A stretch of 43,293 nt of DNA, taken from Sulfurospirillaceae bacterium (GTDB taxonomy: Bacteria > Campylobacterota > Campylobacteria > Campylobacterales > Sulfurospirillaceae). The stretch spans positions 1-43,293 of the forward strand of contig JAWVXD010000012.1 of NCBI GenBank assembly GCA_033723415.1. Direction: 5' to 3'. Below the pieces are notes generated by a model, which was not told where the DNA came from, ran no database searches, and was given only the letters and a program-made list of their open reading frames with translations. Both the position numbers and the translations under genes were made by a program. Shown in pieces: positions 38,808-43,293 of the stretch (the stretch's first letter is position 1; each line of letters begins with the position of its first letter).

Positions 38808-40685
38808 TTATGAAAGATAATCTACATCAAACTTCAAGATATCCGTTTGAGACTCTTCGTTAGTATTGTCTATACCGATCCTGATATCTATGGTTTTTAA
38901 CATCATTATTAGATTATCTTTCAAATTCTCGCTCATATCCAAAAAGTGATCTGCATATATCCTGACATATTTTGGATGGATCATATGCAACAGCCGAATA
39001 ATCTTCTCATCAGCATCAAAACTGTTTATAGCAACATTTATATTATTGTTATGCAGATTATTTAAAATAGATCTCTCTTTTTCAGGATCCATCATAAGGA
39101 TATTGCTTTGAGAGAACTCTATAAAGATATTAACACCGCTATCTTTGAATTTTTTTATATTCTTTTTTATATTGTCTATAGCTACAATATCATCAAAATA
39201 CATAATCGGTATCTCTATAGCGATATTATCGCCTTGAGATGCTTCTTCCAGATAAGACCATACATAATCTAAATACGATCTGAACAGATCATGATAAGTA
39301 AGTACAGGGAAATATGCTTTATAATCAAGTTTGCCTATCTTTTCGTCTAAAATTATAAAGCTTAAGAATTTTATCTTTTGATTTGTTTTAACCCCTACTA
39401 TGTATTTTTCTTTTGGAATCAAGAAGCGGGCCTTTATAGCTTCTGCTATGGTATCTCTTAACTCTACTCTATTCAAAGATGTACGTTTTGTTGCATCTTC
39501 TATGAACTCGAAATTATCTTTTTTAGAATTCTCAAAACTATTCAAGGTAAAATCGACACTGGACAATATCTTGGATAGTTCATCTTTGTGTTTATAACAT
39601 ATACCTGCCATAGAAAAAAATATGATATTTTTGATCTTAGATATACAATCGATATATGCTCTAACTTCTTTTAATATCTTATCAGATATATCTTTTGCGG
39701 TTTGCACATCTACTACTGGAAGAACATAGGCAAATTCTACCCCTGAGATCCTACTCACATATGCATCCTCATTTCCATGAATGTTTTCATTGATAATTCT
39801 TGCTATATTCGAATATATCGTATTTACTTCATTGAATCCTATTGCCTTGTTCGCTTCTTGGGTACCTTGTATACGCAAGGAAAACAACGTGCCAACTGCT
39901 CTGCTGTCATCAGCATTTACATATTCGTTAAACTTCAGTATAAAATATTTTCTATTTCCGATCATGGTAAATTCATCTAAATATTCCAATCTTTTGTTCT
40001 TATTAGTTACGCCTTGAAGATTTTTATATATCTTTTCAGTTTTCTTGACTATCGTGTTGATAGCCATCACGACTTGTTTAAGTTCTTTAGTTTTTGGTAT
40101 CTCTTCTTGATATACGAATTTATTCTTTTTAACCATCTCTGCTTGTTGTTTAACCTTATCCAGAGGCTTAAGTACGGTTTTGAGCAGAAGATATATAAGC
40201 AGTATACCCACCACTGCCATACCTATAAATATAAAGACAATATTTTTAAACGAATCATAAAGATATTTGAGTGAACTCGCTTTGCTTGCTTTAACGCTCA
40301 GAATCCCAACAGGAGTCCAACCGTTTGATACTTGTGCATTTGCGCTATCTTCAGTGAAATAGACCAAATCGGAAAACCACTTAGGCGTAAGGTTTATTTC
40401 ATCCGAAGTTTTTTTGAACAGTATCTTGTTATCCCCGTCTTTCAAAATGATCAAATGAAAGTAACCGTTGTCAAAAAGTGCATTTGCCATAGTTGACATA
40501 ACTGTGACATCGCCTTTTGCATTGGACATATTAAGAGCCAGGACAGTTGCTCCGTTTTGTGCTTTCATATAGAGTTCATTCTCTATATATTGCTTCGTAT
40601 CCAGAAAGCTTATTGTAAGGACTAGTCCCAATATAAAAAGCAAAATTGTCGAGAATGTTATCATGATCTGCTTAAATAATGTCAT
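38808..40685 (-). CDS. LapD-like inner-membrane receptor (periplasmic output, HAMP, degenerate GGDEF and EAL)
   Basis: MTLFKQ N-terminus, FD.GYF, P.WF, GW..VG.L periplasmic motifs; two TMs; L.PL HAMP; RISGVEF replaces GGDEF. ATG at 40685 overlaps the lapG stop (ATGA). Confidence 0.88.
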   Translation of the reverse strand: MTLFKQIMITFSTILLFILGLVLTISFLDTKQYIENELYMKAQNGATVLALNMSNAKGDVTVMSTMANALFDNGYFHLIILKDGDNKILFKKTSDEINLTPKWFSDLVYFTEDSANAQVSNGWTPVGILSVKASKASSLKYLYDSFKNIVFIFIGMAVVGILLIYLLLKTVLKPLDKVKQQAEMVKKNKFVYQEEIPKTKELKQVVMAINTIVKKTEKIYKNLQGVTNKNKRLEYLDEFTMIGNRKYFILKFNEYVNADDSRAVGTLFSLRIQGTQEANKAIGFNEVNTIYSNIARIINENIHGNEDAYVSRISGVEFAYVLPVVDVQTAKDISDKILKEVRAYIDCISKIKNIIFFSMAGICYKHKDELSKILSSVDFTLNSFENSKKDNFEFIEDATKRTSLNRVELRDTIAEAIKARFLIPKEKYIVGVKTNQKIKFLSFIILDEKIGKLDYKAYFPVLTYHDLFRSYLDYVWSYLEEASQGDNIAIEIPIMYFDDIVAIDNIKKNIKKFKDSGVNIFIEFSQSNILMMDPEKERSILNNLHNNNINVAINSFDADEKIIRLLHMIHPKYVRIYADHFLDMSENLKDNLIMMLKTIDIRIGIDNTNEESQTDILKFDVDYLS

Positions 40686-41332
40686 ATCTGATTCCTTTTT
40701 ATTTTTTCTATTAAATCGTCCCATTTTTTCTTTACAAATTGAGTCTTATTTTTTAGATTATTGCTGCTTTTATTTCTGTATCTGTATAAAGTATCGCCGT
40801 TAAATATATATACCGGCAGCAGGTCTTGTCTTTGGCTCGCAGGAAATATTTTATAATTAATGCTATCCAATATAAGCGGGATAGAGTTTGGTTTTTCGTA
40901 AATTCCAAGTACCATATGAGGTTCTCTTCTCTTTTTCACTACAACATATATAAAATACATTTTTTTAGTATCAACCCCGAGCTTTTTCAAAGTAAAATAC
41001 TTAGCTATAGCATAATCTTCACAATCGCCTTTGTCTTTAGCCAAAAATTCCCAAGGACTGGCCCAATAATCTCTCGTATGCCATACTTGCTTATCACTGG
41101 CATATCTGACCTGATTCCAAAAGTCGTTTACTTCTTCCAGCCTCTTTTTTAGAGGAGCATCTTTGAGATTTTCGGTAAGCTTTTCTAAAGCTAGAAATCT
41201 ATTGACCGCAAAAGTGCCGTATCTTTCTTTCACCTGTTCCAAAAGTGACTTTGTAACAAAAACATTCGAAAGCAATAATGTTACAATCAGAGCGGTTAAG
41301 ATAACCGCTCTGCCTATTTTTTTCGAGATCAT
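40682..41332 (-). CDS. LapG-like transglutaminase-like cysteine proteinase (BTLCP)
   Basis: DYWASP.E, GDCEDYAIAKY (Cys), HMVL (His), ILDS (Asp); N-terminal signal/TM. Confidence 0.92.
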   Translation of the reverse strand: MISKKIGRAVILTALIVTLLLSNVFVTKSLLEQVKERYGTFAVNRFLALEKLTENLKDAPLKKRLEEVNDFWNQVRYASDKQVWHTRDYWASPWEFLAKDKGDCEDYAIAKYFTLKKLGVDTKKMYFIYVVVKKRREPHMVLGIYEKPNSIPLILDSINYKIFPASQRQDLLPVYIFNGDTLYRYRNKSSNNLKNKTQFVKKKWDDLIEKIKRNQI

Positions 41333-41335
41333 ATG

Positions 41336-43293
41336 TTAAGATTGTACAATATAATCTTCTATTTTCAATGTTACTGTTGGATCGGTAGTTGTGTCCGTCG
41401 TTGTATAAACATCGAAATCATGACTTACGCCATCTATCGTCTCAGAAGTAGTACCTGTATGTGTCAAAGAAGAATCTACAGTAATACTATCTGCACTGTC
41501 TCCCAATACCGTCAAAGTATTGTTATGATCTGTGATATTGACCACATCACTTAAGTTCAATGTGATATTTTGAGAAGTACTTGTATCTAGCTTCAGAACT
41601 TCAATATTCTCAATATGTGAAAAGTCTAAAGTCACAGGACTTGTCACAGTACCGATATCTCCATTTATAAGCAAGGTATCCATATCTGTACCAAAGACAA
41701 CTGCACCGCTTGTATCTAAGACGCCTGATCCACCATCCATGACAAGGTTATTGGCATCATATACAAGAGTATCATTGCCTATTCCTCCATAGAGACTGTC
41801 TGCTCCGGTTCCACCATCAAGGTAGTCGTCACCTGTTCCACTGTGGAGAATATCATTGCCTGCTCCGCCATTAAGTATATCATTACCTCCATCACCGATA
41901 AGTACGTCATTTCCGTCTCCACCATTGAGTATGTCATTGCCGGATCCTCCATCTAGTACGTCATTTCCGCCAAGACCTGAAATAGTATCATTTCCACCGT
42001 CAGCTATGATATAATCGTTAGTTATATCGCTACCATTGATTGTATCATCACCTGCCGTTCCCATGATAGTATGATCAGGAGAAGGATACATGCTTACATC
42101 CACTAAACTGGTTATAATATCACCTTCAATGTCAGTACCGGTTATATTATAAGTAAGATCTACCGGTGTTCCATCACTCGGTGCATCATATGAGAATGTA
42201 CCAAGTTTGAATGGATCAGAGAGACCTTCTATCTGTACTGCATCAAAGTGACTAGCCCCGGTTGAGAGTGAATATGTCCAACCATCTCCTATGCCTGAAA
42301 GATATATAACTCCACCTGTTTCAGTTACATGTCCCGTCTGTTCTACGCCACTTGCATCATAAACTTTGACCATACCTGCAGATAATGTCATAGAAGCTTG
42401 AGTTGAATCATAAAATGTTCCGTCTATTGTATCGCCTGTAAATGCTTTGAGAGTAAAAGAAGCCGATGGAGAACCGGCTGTTAACAACACTTTTTCCTCA
42501 AAGTAATTTGTCGTGTTATAACTAGTCGGCGTATACACTGTATTTGAACCATTACCTGTCACATCTCCGTTAGTAAAGTCAAATCTAACAATATCTCCTA
42601 AACTTATTGATTGTCCTGTACCAATACCGATAGAAGAGTTATTTGTATTAATAGTTTCTCCACTTTGTGTGGTGAGAACGACATCTTCTGTTGTATTGTC
42701 TATATTTGATATAACTTTTTCACCCTCATTACCGCCACCTACACTACTTAGATTTGTAGCTGTAACCGATGTACCGTTATCTATGATACCGTTTGAATGC
42801 ACCGTATAACTTCCGCTTTCAGCATTTAAATCGACATAGAATCCAACTGTAGGATCCGTACTAAGTGCAGATAAATTAGACGTATTTATAAGATCACTAC
42901 TATTTGGATCTGTAGACGCAACTAATATAGACATATCAGGGGTTACACCATCAATAGTTCCATAATGCATATATAGATTGTCACCGTTATATTTCAGTAC
43001 ATGACCGTCATTATCATATGCTTGTCCAAGTTCGGTGGAATTGAACACGACAGATCCAATACCATCGGCACCTGCGATAAATTCTAGTGATCCCGTTGCT
43101 TCAGGGACTGTTGTATCGTCTACTAAACCAACATGCTCGGTAGTAAGAAGAGAAGGTACATCATCCACTATATTTATATATACTGTATTTGTAACGGTAT
43201 TTCCGTATGCATCTACTGCAGTATACGTAAAATGATCCGCATCATTTACTGTATTGGCCCCTTGTACAGAACCTGAATCCATAGCAGACGTCA
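41336..43293 (-). CDS. RTX-repeat T1SS-secreted adhesin (LapA-like), C-terminal part; 5' end outside the window
   Basis: Frame is open to the window edge. Ig/cadherin-like segment (FTYTAVD..GN...NIVDDVP, GADG), RTX nonapeptides and an acidic C-terminal secretion-type region. Confidence 0.88.
   Translation of the reverse strand, partial: TSAMDSGSVQGANTVNDADHFTYTAVDAYGNTVTNTVYINIVDDVPSLLTTEHVGLVDDTTVPEATGSLEFIAGADGIGSVVFNSTELGQAYDNDGHVLKYNGDNLYMHYGTIDGVTPDMSILVASTDPNSSDLINTSNLSALSTDPTVGFYVDLNAESGSYTVHSNGIIDNGTSVTATNLSSVGGGNEGEKVISNIDNTTEDVVLTTQSGETINTNNSSIGIGTGQSISLGDIVRFDFTNGDVTGNGSNTVYTPTSYNTTNYFEEKVLLTAGSPSASFTLKAFTGDTIDGTFYDSTQASMTLSAGMVKVYDASGVEQTGHVTETGGVIYLSGIGDGWTYSLSTGASHFDAVQIEGLSDPFKLGTFSYDAPSDGTPVDLTYNITGTDIEGDIITSLVDVSMYPSPDHTIMGTAGDDTINGSDITNDYIIADGGNDTISGLGGNDVLDGGSGNDILNGGDGNDVLIGDGGNDILNGGAGNDILHSGTGDDYLDGGTGADSLYGGIGNDTLVYDANNLVMDGGSGVLDTSGAVVFGTDMDTLLINGDIGTVTSPVTLDFSHIENIEVLKLDTSTSQNITLNLSDVVNITDHNNTLTVLGDSADSITVDSSLTHTGTTSETIDGVSHDFDVYTTTDTTTDPTVTLKIEDYIVQS
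41762..42061 (-). repeat. RTX Ca-binding nonapeptide repeats (about 10)
   Basis: GTAGDDTIN...[81 protein letters not shown]. Confidence 0.9.

Noticed and set aside
41762..42061. 27-bp periodic repeats as a possible CRISPR array or DNA repeat element
   Set aside because: They are degenerate in-frame RTX codon repeats without spacers. No CRISPR array or cas gene was seen in the window.

Overview
AT-rich bacterial chromosome segment from a Campylobacterota (epsilonproteobacterial) organism; the separate rpoB/rpoC genes and protein sequences suggest a Sulfurospirillum-like relative (inference). It has four blocks. (1) 1-9719: an accessory catabolic cluster next to the 3' end of tRNA-Arg(CCT), with a polar amino-acid ABC transporter, class III aminotransferase, two-subunit CoA-transferase, M20 deacylase, thiolase, the 5' end of gabT, a divergent XRE-cupin regulator and a decayed IS30 fragment. 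(2) 9789-27340: the core minus-strand cluster tRNA-Thr/Tyr/Gly/Thr, tuf, rpmG, tRNA-Trp, secE, nusG, rplKAJL, rpoBC, rpsLG, fusA, tRNA-Arg. (3) 27402-38790: yaaA, a small coiled-coil membrane protein, an RHH + hypothetical gene pair, a Liv-type ABC transporter, putA and an SDR. (4) 38808-43293: a LapD/LapG/RTX-adhesin module, truncated by the window edge. The best novelty candidates are a covarying two-hairpin RNA element repeated upstream of tuf, rplK and rplL; a probable N-acetyl-beta-lysine-to-GABA catabolic pathway; and a stand-alone RHH plus an apparently inactivated nuclease-fold protein heading the putA operon.
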